NCBI GenBank assembly: GCA_016935615.1
Contig: JAFGQO010000075.1
Coordinates: 7,765 to 71,764 of the forward strand
Length of the DNA: 64,000 bases
Source: Bacteroidales bacterium
GTDB lineage: Bacteria; Bacteroidota; Bacteroidia; Bacteroidales; UBA10428
Reading direction: 5' to 3'
The notes beneath the pieces are model-generated. The model did no database searches, had not been told where the DNA came from, and worked only from the letters and a program-made list of their open reading frames with translations. Positions 21,188-29,977 of the stretch are shown in pieces (position 1 is the first letter of the stretch; the number at the start of each line of letters is the position of its first letter). Made by a program: the position numbers and the translations under genes.

Positions 21188-23932
21188 TTAAAATCTGATA
21201 TTATAGGTTATTGATGGAATGGGTACACCAATAATTGACAATTCATACAAAGCATATATCTTATAATTGTTCAAAGCTGTCGGAAGATTTTTCTTATAGT
21301 AGGTCGAATACACATTTTTTCTGCCATAAACATTATACACGGATAAAATCCAACTGCTGTAGAATTTTTTCTTCTTCTTCAGACTGGTATCCCAGGTAAT
21401 AGAAAGATCCAGCCTGTGATAATCTCTTAGCCGGTATTTGTTCCTGTCGGAATAATACACAAGATTGTTGTTGTATACCGAAACATAAGCTTCCGGATAA
21501 TAGGTCGGCCGTCCTGTACTATAAGTAAAAGATGCTCCGAATGTAAAACGGCGACTTATCTTGTAACTTGTAACAGCCGACACATCATGAGGTTTATCAA
21601 AAGAAGAAGGATATTTTTCTCCTCTGTTAATCAGCTCATCTTTTTCGGCACCATAAGTTTGAAGAAACGATCTTGATAAAGTGTAACTTATCCATCCTGT
21701 TAATCTGCCTGTGTTTTTTCTCACTAAAAATTCAATTCCATAGGCTTGCAGATCTGCAGATAAGATATGCTGTTCAATTTGCGGGTTCATAACCAGCACT
21801 GCCCCGTCCTTAAATTCCATAATATTGGCAACTTCCTTATAATACAATTCAACAGATGTTTCCAGTACTCCCTTATTGAAATTTTTAAAATACCCGAACA
21901 TCACCAGGTCACCAACTGCCGGTTTAATATATGGATTGCAGGCTGTCCAGGTATCCGTAGGCATGACAACCGTGCTGTTGGATAAAATATGGAAATATTG
22001 ATAATTTCTGCTATAGCCAAGTTTTAATGAACTCGATGTAGTCAGATTATAACGTACAGAAAGTCTTGGCTCAAAACCTGAATAGTTTTGAATAAGTTTC
22101 CCTTTATCGTAATACTCCGTTCCGGTATAGGAAGAATTATTAATGTATTCTCCTTCATCATATTGGTTAACAGTTAAGGGTCCGAACAGCATAAAATAAG
22201 AGTATCTTAATCCTGCAGAAATTGAAAGCCTGTCTGTCATATTATAAACATCCTGAACATATCCTGCCATTTCAAGGGCATGCTGCTTCTCCAATTCCTC
22301 AAATTCCTCAATGGATCCTTCATCATATATTTCTCTTTTCCCCGGTTGAAGTAAATAATTGTTCCCTTCCAGCCCCACTTCGAAAGAATGCTTTGTGCCC
22401 AGTGAAGATACGATCCTGAATTTCGATCCCATTTGTTGTATCCCGGTTGCTATCTTAAAGGTATTCTCCTGATTGCTCTGGTCTGTCGTCAATGTTGAGT
22501 AATCAGTAATAAACAGATTCAGTGAAAAGGTCAGTTTATCATTAACAATATGGCTCCATTTCAATGAACCCAGCTTGTTTGAATATTCAAATATATTCCT
22601 GTTTGCCAGGTTGAATCTGTCAAAGCTGTAATAGCCAAATAAACTAACCCTGTTTTTATGATTCAGTGTATAGTTTAATTTCAGATTCAGATCGTAAAAA
22701 TTGGCCTTACTGGTCCTGATGTCCAGATCAGGAACCCGTTTCAGTATCCAGTCTGAATATGTTACCCTGCCCCCTATGATAAAAGATGCCTTTTCTTTAA
22801 TGATTGGACCCTGCAAAGTAAGTTTACTGCTGAATAATCCGATACCACCGTTACCTTCCAGTTCTTTTAAATTTCCTTCTTTCAGATTAATATCCATAAC
22901 AGAGGATATTTTCCCTCCATATCGTGCAGGAGCACCGCCCTTATACAACTCAAGATTTTGTAATATTCTGGTGTCCATAACAGAAAAAAGTCCGAACAAA
23001 TGATTGGAATTGTAAATAGGTACCTCATCGATCAGGATCAGGTTTTGATCCGAACTACCTCCCCTGACATTGAATCCTGAAGCCAAATCTCCCGAAGACT
23101 GTATCCCGGGAAGCAAGGTCATGGATTTCATTAGATCCGGCTCACCCATAAGTACGGGTATATTATCGAGAGTCTTTGCATCCAACCTGATGATGCTCAT
23201 TTCCGTGCCCGAAACATTTGCATCACTATTGCTGGTAATTACTACCTGATCGATGGCAATGGTACTTTCAAAAAGCTCGATATCAAGCTTACCTGGAGAT
23301 ATCATATTGACCTGGATATTCCTTTCCTCAAAACCAACATAAGAATAATGCAAAGCTTGTTTCCCAACGGGTACATCCAAAGAGTAATAGCCGGTAAAAT
23401 TCGTAACCACCCCGACATCCTGGTTGCGATCATAAATAACCGCACCGGGAAGCGGTTCCCCGGTTTTGCCGTTACGTACATATCCGCTTAACCTTGCTAC
23501 CTTATATTTTCCTGCAAGCACAGGATCTCCTATTTCGATCAACGTATAATAATCTCCTGTCCCGCCTGCATCAGCACCTGCTACCTGATCGTGCAACTGA
23601 AGTTGTTTCCTGTCAACAATTACCAGGTTGGTGCCCTTATATACAATGTATGTTAATCCTTTCTGCGTTAAAGATCTGTCAAGAAAATCCAATAAAGATT
23701 TACCATTATCCTCCTCATAAAGGAATATTCCATCCAGAATATGATCAGAATAGTAAATATGTACAGCACCTGTTTCAACAATTTCAATAAAATAGTCCTC
23801 CAGCAATATACGATCAGTTATTCCACCAATAGTAATATTTTCAAGCCTCTGAGCATGTAAATTTATCTGAAAAAATGTCTGAATTACAAGCGCTACAATC
23901 AGAAATCTGGTCTTTCTCAACCACACCATCAT
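21188..23932 (-). CDS. TonB-dependent receptor (DUF4249-associated type)
   Basis: GEPDLMK...LPGIQ, NVRGGSSDQNLILID, YHRLDLS, C-terminal PSITYNIRF. Confidence 0.92.
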   Translation of the reverse strand: MMVWLRKTRFLIVALVIQTFFQINLHAQRLENITIGGITDRILLEDYFIEIVETGAVHIYYSDHILDGIFLYEEDNGKSLLDFLDRSLTQKGLTYIVYKGTNLVIVDRKQLQLHDQVAGADAGGTGDYYTLIEIGDPVLAGKYKVARLSGYVRNGKTGEPLPGAVIYDRNQDVGVVTNFTGYYSLDVPVGKQALHYSYVGFEERNIQVNMISPGKLDIELFESTIAIDQVVITSNSDANVSGTEMSIIRLDAKTLDNIPVLMGEPDLMKSMTLLPGIQSSGDLASGFNVRGGSSDQNLILIDEVPIYNSNHLFGLFSVMDTRILQNLELYKGGAPARYGGKISSVMDINLKEGNLKELEGNGGIGLFSSKLTLQGPIIKEKASFIIGGRVTYSDWILKRVPDLDIRTSKANFYDLNLKLNYTLNHKNRVSLFGYYSFDRFNLANRNIFEYSNKLGSLKWSHIVNDKLTFSLNLFITDYSTLTTDQSNQENTFKIATGIQQMGSKFRIVSSLGTKHSFEVGLEGNNYLLQPGKREIYDEGSIEEFEELEKQHALEMAGYVQDVYNMTDRLSISAGLRYSYFMLFGPLTVNQYDEGEYINNSSYTGTEYYDKGKLIQNYSGFEPRLSVRYNLTTSSSLKLGYSRNYQYFHILSNSTVVMPTDTWTACNPYIKPAVGDLVMFGYFKNFNKGVLETSVELYYKEVANIMEFKDGAVLVMNPQIEQHILSADLQAYGIEFLVRKNTGRLTGWISYTLSRSFLQTYGAEKDELINRGEKYPSSFDKPHDVSAVTSYKISRRFTFGASFTYSTGRPTYYPEAYVSVYNNNLVYYSDRNKYRLRDYHRLDLSITWDTSLKKKKKFYSSWILSVYNVYGRKNVYSTYYKKNLPTALNNYKIYALYELSIIGVPIPSITYNIRF

Positions 23933-24052
23933 TGAAAAATTTGGGACGCAATATACAAAATATACTTACAAAATAAGCTTCAATCATTGTAAAATCCATC
24001 AAAACTCAAAATGAACTATTTTTATAGGATCAAATTGATTCGTATTCGAGTT

Positions 24053-24532
24053 ATGATAGAAATTATTGAATGTGATTTTGAGAAGCCAAAGCATTGCAAG
24101 GCTGTAATTGACCTGATGAATCACTATATGACCGATAAAATGGGAGGGGAATTACAACCTCATGATGCTGAAAAAGCCAAACGAATGATCGAAGGACTGA
24201 AAAATCATCCTTCCAGGCTTGTATTACTTGCAATATATGAAAGAGAATATGTAGGTTTAAGTACCGCCTTTATTAATTATGGTACTTTTGCTGCAAAACC
24301 TTTTTTAAATATTCATGATGTTGTGGTTCTTGATCAATATCGTGGTATTGGTATTGGCAGAAAACTAATGGAAGCAAATAGTGCGAAAGCAGAACAATTG
24401 GACTGCAGTAAAATTACCCTTGAAGTACGTAAGGATAATACAACTGCACAAGCTCTTTATAAAAACCTTGGATTTGGTGATTCAGATCCGGTTATGTACT
24501 TCTGGACAAAATATAGTAAAAACAACCATTAA
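24053..24532 (+). CDS. GNAT N-acetyltransferase
   Basis: VLDQYRGIGIGRKL acetyl-CoA motif; LEVRKDN...LYKNLGF. Confidence 0.88.
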   Translation: MIEIIECDFEKPKHCKAVIDLMNHYMTDKMGGELQPHDAEKAKRMIEGLKNHPSRLVLLAIYEREYVGLSTAFINYGTFAAKPFLNIHDVVVLDQYRGIGIGRKLMEANSAKAEQLDCSKITLEVRKDNTTAQALYKNLGFGDSDPVMYFWTKYSKNNH

Positions 24533-24543
24533 TTAGTAAGTGT

Positions 24544-25020
24544 ATGAATGAATTTAATTCAATCAGCAATGAACTGACTGACCTGATTAATACATGGGAA
24601 AAGATATTGTCTTCCCTTCCCGGGGAAACAATTACCCAAAGACGAAACAGTCAAAACAGGACCATTAAGCAGATCGTCGGGCATATGATCGATTCGGCAA
24701 CAAATAATACCCATCGGACCGTTCATCTGCAATACCAGAAAAGTCCCTTTCATTTCCCGAATTATGCTACATTCGGTAACAACGACAGATGGATAGCCAT
24801 TCAGAATTACCAGGAAGAAGACTGGAATGACCTCATTCAGCTATGGAAATATTCCAATTTGCATTTTGCTCATATAATAAAAAACATAAATAAGGAAAAA
24901 CTGAATAATGAATGGATTGCCTCGGCAGATAGTAACATTTCGCTTAAGGATATGGTATCTGACTTTCCCATGCATTTTAAATTGCATCTCGGGGAGATAT
25001 CTGAACTAATAAACAGATAA
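24544..25020 (+). CDS. DinB-family protein
   Basis: KQIVGHMIDSA and C-terminal HFKLH His triad. Confidence 0.8.
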   Translation: MNEFNSISNELTDLINTWEKILSSLPGETITQRRNSQNRTIKQIVGHMIDSATNNTHRTVHLQYQKSPFHFPNYATFGNNDRWIAIQNYQEEDWNDLIQLWKYSNLHFAHIIKNINKEKLNNEWIASADSNISLKDMVSDFPMHFKLHLGEISELINR

Positions 25021-25042
25021 TTTGCCGCGGCATACCTAGTGA

Positions 25043-25161
25043 ACGTAAGTTCGACATTAGAAATGGGAATCTTAAATGTATATGCAACGTCTTTGTGGCG
25101 TATACAGACTGAATTCTTCGAAATAACAAACAAACTGTTCCGGATTCTTCTTTTCATATTA
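25043..25161. repeat. 119-bp dispersed repeat, copy 1
   Basis: Ungapped match to 29814-29932 (about 20 mismatches by hand count); begins ACGTAAGTTCGA. Confidence 0.85.
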
Positions 25162-25317
25162 GGGATTGTCTCAAAAGGTAAATATTTTAATATAGCCACA
25201 AATTCTCGAAGATCCAAAGAACTCACAAAACTCTGATATTCTATTTATATCTAACTTTGTGAGTATTTCGTGAATTAGTGTCTTAGTGGCGAATTTTCAA
25301 CTTTTAAGACAATCCCT
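25161..25317. mobile_element. MITE-like fold-back element
   Basis: 17-bp terminal inverted repeats AGGGATTGTCTCAAAAG / CTTTTAAGACAATCCCT (1 mismatch); internal arms GCCAC..CTCACAAA / TTTGTGAG..GTGGC. Confidence 0.7.
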
Positions 25318-25652
25318 TAATTATTTCTGCCTTACAGGAAAATGCTCACAACTTATATTACCCGACAATCGATTTTTCAAATAATTATAACATATATCGA
25401 ATTCACGCTAATTCGTTTAGTATGCAATTTAAACGGTACAAATTATATCTTATACTGTAAAAATTTAGTACCCATACCTTTATAAACAGTAGGGTAGTAT
25501 TTGCATTTCCTTTTCAGGAAAACACTGTACCTTAAGAATACGATCCGTTCCAATCCCTTCAATAAGCTGCAAGAAAAAACAATTTACAGTAAAATTCGTA
25601 TAGAGTAATACCACAAAAATCAAAGTACTAACTAAGTTCAATGCTTACAATC

Positions 25653-26783
25653 ATGAAAAAAATTCTTTTTTCTCAATTGCTTTTGCTTTTTTCCATACTG
25701 GTTTTACACGGGCAGCAGGCAATAATTATTGATCATAACTACATTGATCTGGCACAACTTCCGGACAACTGGATTGACAGTGCAAAAGCCAAATTATTTA
25801 TCGGGTACGGTCATACATCTCACGGCAATCAGATTGCATCAGGAATGAATGCTCTTGAATCCTGTTTTTCAAATGGAAAATTTGACTGGAGTCATGAAGG
25901 AGGAGAAGGAGAACTGCACCTTTTTGAAGGATCGGGATACAATGAAGGTTATCTTGATCATGATGCAGGGTATGATGGTTGGGATACCAAAACCAGGACC
26001 TTTCTGAATGATTTCCCCGAATGCAATGCAATCATATGGTCATGGTGCGGACAGGTAAATGAAGTAGATCTCCGGTCGCATTACCTGGGACCAATGGAAC
26101 AGTTGGAAGAGGATTATCCCGATGTCCGGTTTGTCTATATGACAGGCCATCTTGAAGGACTGGGACCTGACGGAAGTTTATACGAAGCAAATCAGGAAAT
26201 AAGGGATAGCTGTTCAAAGAAAAATAAGATTCTTTTTGACTTTGCTGATATTGAAAAGTATGAACCTTTCGGCACTACAAATTATCAGGATTATTATGCG
26301 GATGACGCTTGTTATTACGATCCTGATGGTCAGGAGCCGGTAAACAGAACTCAAAACTGGGCTAACAACTGGCTGGCAAATCATTCTGATCATGAACTGG
26401 CGCAAATTTCACAGCATTGTGGTTCATGTGATCATTCTGTAAGTATTAATTGTGTGAAGAAAGGGATTGCCGCCTGGTATCTATGGGTCAGACTGGCCGG
26501 TTGGAATGAACCAATTGTAGCTGTGGATAATGCTGAAACATCAAACAGAATTGAAGTTTATCCAAATCCGGCCGGAGAAACCTTAACTGTTCTTGTTCCC
26601 AAGGCTTCTGAAAAAATCTCAGTAAATATTACAGATTTGCAGGGCAAGCTGGTTTATTCAAAAGAATTTACGAATACCGGAAAAGAAGTGACTATTACAG
26701 ATCACAATCTTCCTTCAGGACTCTATATTTTAAGGTTGTCAGACAATTCACACACTTACACAGGCAAATTGATAAAACAATAG
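25653..26783 (+). CDS. T9SS type-A cargo protein with an uncharacterised, possibly SGNH-like catalytic domain
   Basis: Signal peptide; C-terminal VYPNPA...GLYIL...KLIKQ sorting domain. Confidence 0.8.
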   Translation: MKKILFSQLLLLFSILVLHGQQAIIIDHNYIDLAQLPDNWIDSAKAKLFIGYGHTSHGNQIASGMNALESCFSNGKFDWSHEGGEGELHLFEGSGYNEGYLDHDAGYDGWDTKTRTFLNDFPECNAIIWSWCGQVNEVDLRSHYLGPMEQLEEDYPDVRFVYMTGHLEGLGPDGSLYEANQEIRDSCSKKNKILFDFADIEKYEPFGTTNYQDYYADDACYYDPDGQEPVNRTQNWANNWLANHSDHELAQISQHCGSCDHSVSINCVKKGIAAWYLWVRLAGWNEPIVAVDNAETSNRIEVYPNPAGETLTVLVPKASEKISVNITDLQGKLVYSKEFTNTGKEVTITDHNLPSGLYILRLSDNSHTYTGKLIKQ

Positions 26784-26804
26784 AGCTGCGAACTGCATAT
26801 CAGG

Positions 26805-26839
26805 AAAAGAGCTTTTGAAATCAACAGAAGCTCTTTTTT
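26805..26839 (+). terminator. Intrinsic terminator
   Basis: AAAAGAGCTTTTG-loop-CAGAAGCTCTTTTTT. Confidence 0.75.
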
Positions 26840-26868
26840 ATAAATACAATTCAAATACAATATTCCTA

Positions 26869-26986
26869 TGTTCGGATGCGAACACCGATTGTTGTGTTAT
26901 CGTTCACTTTATCACAAACAGCATTCTAAAATTCTATTGTATATAATTGATTTATAGATGCTTGAGGTTTTTGGCACAGTTCATGA
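26869..26986 (+). promoter_or_regulatory. Putative sigma54 promoter with upstream activator palindrome
   Basis: TGTTCG-N4-CGAACA at 26869-26884; TGGCACAGTTCATGA (-24/-12-like) at 26972-26986. Confidence 0.55.
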
Positions 26987-27018
26987 AAAATAGATATACA
27001 GTATAAAAAACCAAAATC

Positions 27019-27456
27019 ATGAAAACATTAACTAACATCCGGGCTCCTGAAAAACACGTGAAAGTTTTGTTGATGATTGTATTCCTGGTTTTTCAGGTAA
27101 CATTGAAAGCTTCTGAACTTCTTCCTGAGAAAAAGGAAGTTGTTGAAACGAAAGAAACGGTTGAAGATTGGATGTTGGATCTGTCAACCTGGGCAAAAAA
27201 CACCAATTCATTTGTACTCACTGAAGAAACTGAAAAGGAACTCGAAATTGAAGATTGGATGGTAAATCCGAAAGATGAAATCTGGAATAACAGAGACGAA
27301 GAAGAACGTAAAATTGAAGAATGGATGTTTGATGTCAACCACTGTTACTGGGACGATTTTGCCACAAAAGAAAAAGAAATGCCCATTGAAAAATGGATGG
27401 TGAATATATCAGACTGGTCAAATGATGAAGTTCTTTTAAGTACAGTAGTTCACTAA
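27019..27456 (+). CDS. Secreted acidic protein with four [IV]ExWM repeats
   Basis: Hydrophobic leader; VEDWM, IEDWM, IEEWM, IEKWM, each followed by a second Trp. Confidence 0.8.
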   Translation: MKTLTNIRAPEKHVKVLLMIVFLVFQVTLKASELLPEKKEVVETKETVEDWMLDLSTWAKNTNSFVLTEETEKELEIEDWMVNPKDEIWNNRDEEERKIEEWMFDVNHCYWDDFATKEKEMPIEKWMVNISDWSNDEVLLSTVVH

Positions 27457-27488
27457 CAGATCTCATATAATAGTATAGGTTACTAATT

Positions 27489-27515
27489 CCCCGGTAAAAG
27501 CTGCCGGGGTTTTTT
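27489..27515 (+). terminator. Intrinsic terminator
   Basis: CCCCGGTA-aagc-TGCCGGGG followed by a T-run. Confidence 0.75.
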
Positions 27516-27846
27516 ATTTTGTATTGTACCCCAGATCAGACAGAATCTTCTTTATCTTCTCCCGGAAATCTCCCTGAATGATTATATCTCCGGCTTTCAC
27601 CGAACCACCTGTTCCGCATTTGGTTTTCAGTAACTTTCCAAGATCTTTCAGGTCATTATCCTTGCCTGTAAATCCTGACACAAGTGTTACTATCTTCCCT
27701 TTCCGATGCTTGCAGTCAGTCGTTATTTTAAGTATTTGCTCTTCGGGAGAAAGGGTCTCTGATTCCTCAATTCTGTCTGTTTTATATTGATAATCAGGAT
27801 CTGTTGAAAAAACCACACCTAACCTGTCTTTCCAATCTTTCATCAT
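27514..27846 (-). CDS. yciH: SUI1/YciH translation initiation factor
   Basis: RKGKIVTLV, LKTKCGTGGSVK, IIIQGD. Confidence 0.9.
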   Translation of the reverse strand: MMKDWKDRLGVVFSTDPDYQYKTDRIEESETLSPEEQILKITTDCKHRKGKIVTLVSGFTGKDNDLKDLGKLLKTKCGTGGSVKAGDIIIQGDFREKIKKILSDLGYNTK

Positions 27847-27953
27847 GACATTACTTTTTTTTCACGAATATCGATGAAAAAGAAATAAACTCATAACTTT
27901 ATTTTTATTTAAGAAATGTATTTTCAATTTTTTGTTCACTCAAACCCGTAAAA

Positions 27954-28373
27954 ATGAAAAACCTACTCATCACTTACAATAGTAAAACAGGGAAAACAAA
28001 AAAATATGCCGAAGAAATAAACAACTATATTACAAGTAAAGGAGTCAAAACGGCATTAATTTCCATTGATGAATTCGATATAGCCCTTGTTAAAAATGCG
28101 GAGGGAATTCTGTTTGGAGCCTGGACAAACGGATTGATGATCTTTCTGCAGCATCCTGACAAACCCTGGGTAAAATTTGCAAAAGATCTTCCTGAAATAA
28201 AAGATAAAAAAGTCGGGTTGTTTACAACCTATTTGCTGGCCACGGGAAGCATGTTTAAAAAGATGAAAATCCACCTTGGTGGAAAGATCTCTGAAAGCAT
28301 GTTCGAATTGAAATCGAAAAAAGGCAAATTATCAGATCATGATAAAGTGCTTCTGGATAATTTTATTAAATAA
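27954..28373 (+). CDS. Short-chain flavodoxin-like protein
   Basis: YNSKTGKT FMN phosphate-binding loop; GAWT; KKVGLFTT. Confidence 0.8.
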   Translation: MKNLLITYNSKTGKTKKYAEEINNYITSKGVKTALISIDEFDIALVKNAEGILFGAWTNGLMIFLQHPDKPWVKFAKDLPEIKDKKVGLFTTYLLATGSMFKKMKIHLGGKISESMFELKSKKGKLSDHDKVLLDNFIK

Positions 28374-28380
28374 ATCTGCC

Positions 28381-28557
28381 ATGTATGAATTGATTTTAAC
28401 AATTGGGATTGTTGCTTACTCATTGATCCTGATCTCGTTCCTTACCGGTATGAAACTAATTAAAGTAAAATACAAAGTGCACAAGATAATCGGTATCCTT
28501 GGCTTTTCCTGTGCTACAGTTCACGCTTTGTTCATGCTATATTTTAACCTCTTTTAA
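28381..28557 (+). CDS. 58-aa two-TM membrane protein with H-X13-H
   Basis: ATG 7 nt after the flavodoxin stop; two hydrophobic helices; His34 and His48. Confidence 0.7.
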   Translation: MYELILTIGIVAYSLILISFLTGMKLIKVKYKVHKIIGILGFSCATVHALFMLYFNLF

Positions 28558-28568
28558 TACATACTAAT

Positions 28569-28913
28569 ATGAAGACGAACAAGCTCTTATTATTCATTCT
28601 GCTGGTATTATTGCCAATGATCGCAATTGCTCATCCCCCCAAAAAAGTGACTTTGTCCTATGAAAAAGAAACAGGTCTGCTTACCGTCGCTGCAATGCAT
28701 CCGGTTAAAGATGTCAATGACCATTACATCATTACTCTTGAAGTTACGGTAAATGGTGAAACAGTTAAAACCGCCGAGTACAAATCCCAAACTTCACCAG
28801 AAAGTCAGGACAAAACGATAGAACTTCCTGATCTTGCAACAGGAGATGAAGTAACTGTAAAGGCTACCTGTAATAAGTTTGGCTCAAAAACTCAATCTTT
28901 AACTATTGAATAA
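28569..28913 (+). CDS. Exported desulfoferrodoxin(SOR)/SoxZ-fold putative metal-binding protein
   Basis: Signal peptide ending AIA|HPP; HP-x6-HYI; CNKFG. Confidence 0.7.
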   Translation: MKTNKLLLFILLVLLPMIAIAHPPKKVTLSYEKETGLLTVAAMHPVKDVNDHYIITLEVTVNGETVKTAEYKSQTSPESQDKTIELPDLATGDEVTVKATCNKFGSKTQSLTIE

Positions 28914-28952
28914 CTTGCATTTCAGATTAATCTGATAATCTAAATTTCTATC

Positions 28953-28990
28953 CTGATTGCAGCATGATTTATACATGTGCTGCAATCAGA
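28953..28990. terminator. Hairpin between convergent genes
   Basis: CTGATTGCAGCA...TGCTGCAATCAG inverted repeat followed by T-rich sequence. Confidence 0.7.
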
Positions 28991-28993
28991 TTT

Positions 28994-29791
28994 TTATTTT
29001 TTATACAAAAAATCGCCAATCTTTTTAATCCTCATCATCTCTTCCTCACTCAAAGGGCCCTGATCAAGCACCGTCAGATTCTCTCTCATCTGTTTTAGTG
29101 TTGACGGCCCGCTCATACAAACATCAACATGCGGATTTGACAAGACAAAACGATAACATTCCGCAGCTGTAAGTGCACGTTCACCTTCCGGCATTCTTTT
29201 TTGTTTCAGCAACTGACCCCATCGTGTAGCTGTAAAAGCAACCACTCCCATCCTTTTTTTCTCTTTCAAATGAGGAAATACATCTGTTTCAGCTCCCCTA
29301 TTGACAGCATTGTACCGAACATGAAAAACATCCAGATCTCCCTGTTCATCGAGCCTCGGAAAGAGTTTTCGGTTATGACCCGTCACCCCGACAAATCGTG
29401 TAATTCCCTTCTCTTTCAGCTTTAGTGCACCATTAAGAACATTTTTACCGGGTTTGTTAGAATAATAACCAAGCAACATTACATCGATACAATCCACACC
29501 AAGTGCTTTCAGGCTTTTATACATATAATACCTGTTGATGAACGGATCGTGTCCATAACTATGCATTGCAATGACCAGTTTGTCACGGTGACCGTTCTTC
29601 ACAATATTCCTGACAGCCTTTTTCATTTCTTTCGACCGGCCACGAATAAAAGTATTCCAGAGAAAATAATTACAACCTCGTTCAAAAGCCTCTTCAAACG
29701 CTTCCGCCGGAGCCCTATAACTTGCGGAAACACCCAAACGACCAACCTTAAGGCCTGTTTTACCCAGACTAACCGGATTGTTAAAGTTCAT
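28994..29791 (-). CDS. Aldo/keto reductase
   Basis: LGKTGLKVGRLG, SLKALGVDCID, GITRFVGVTGH, RFVLSNPHVDV. Confidence 0.85.
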   Translation of the reverse strand: MNFNNPVSLGKTGLKVGRLGVSASYRAPAEAFEEAFERGCNYFLWNTFIRGRSKEMKKAVRNIVKNGHRDKLVIAMHSYGHDPFINRYYMYKSLKALGVDCIDVMLLGYYSNKPGKNVLNGALKLKEKGITRFVGVTGHNRKLFPRLDEQGDLDVFHVRYNAVNRGAETDVFPHLKEKKRMGVVAFTATRWGQLLKQKRMPEGERALTAAECYRFVLSNPHVDVCMSGPSTLKQMRENLTVLDQGPLSEEEMMRIKKIGDFLYKK

Positions 29792-29813
29792 TTTTCATCC
29801 ATTTATTAAACAC

Positions 29814-29932
29814 ACGTAAGTTCGATATAAAAAATAAGTATCTTCCATGAATATGCAATGTCTTTGTGGCGCATACAGACTAAATTCTTCGAAATCACAA
29901 GCAGAATGCGCCATATTCTTCTTTTCATATTA
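29814..29932. repeat. 119-bp dispersed repeat, copy 2
   Basis: Homologous to 25043-25161. Confidence 0.85.
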
Positions 29933-29975
29933 CCCAGGGCGATACCTGCCAGTCCGGCAGGCTGGCCCCGGGCTG
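29933..29975. repeat. REP-like GC-rich palindrome with a nested CCTGCC..GGCAGG unit
   Basis: CCCAGGGC..[CCTGCCAGTCCGGCAGG]..GCCCCGGG. Confidence 0.5.
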
Positions 29976-29977
29976 AA

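Noticed and set aside
24870-25236. ORFs across the 119-bp repeat and MITE (also 29847-30082)
   Set aside because: Differences between copies are mainly non-synonymous; they are better explained as non-coding repeats
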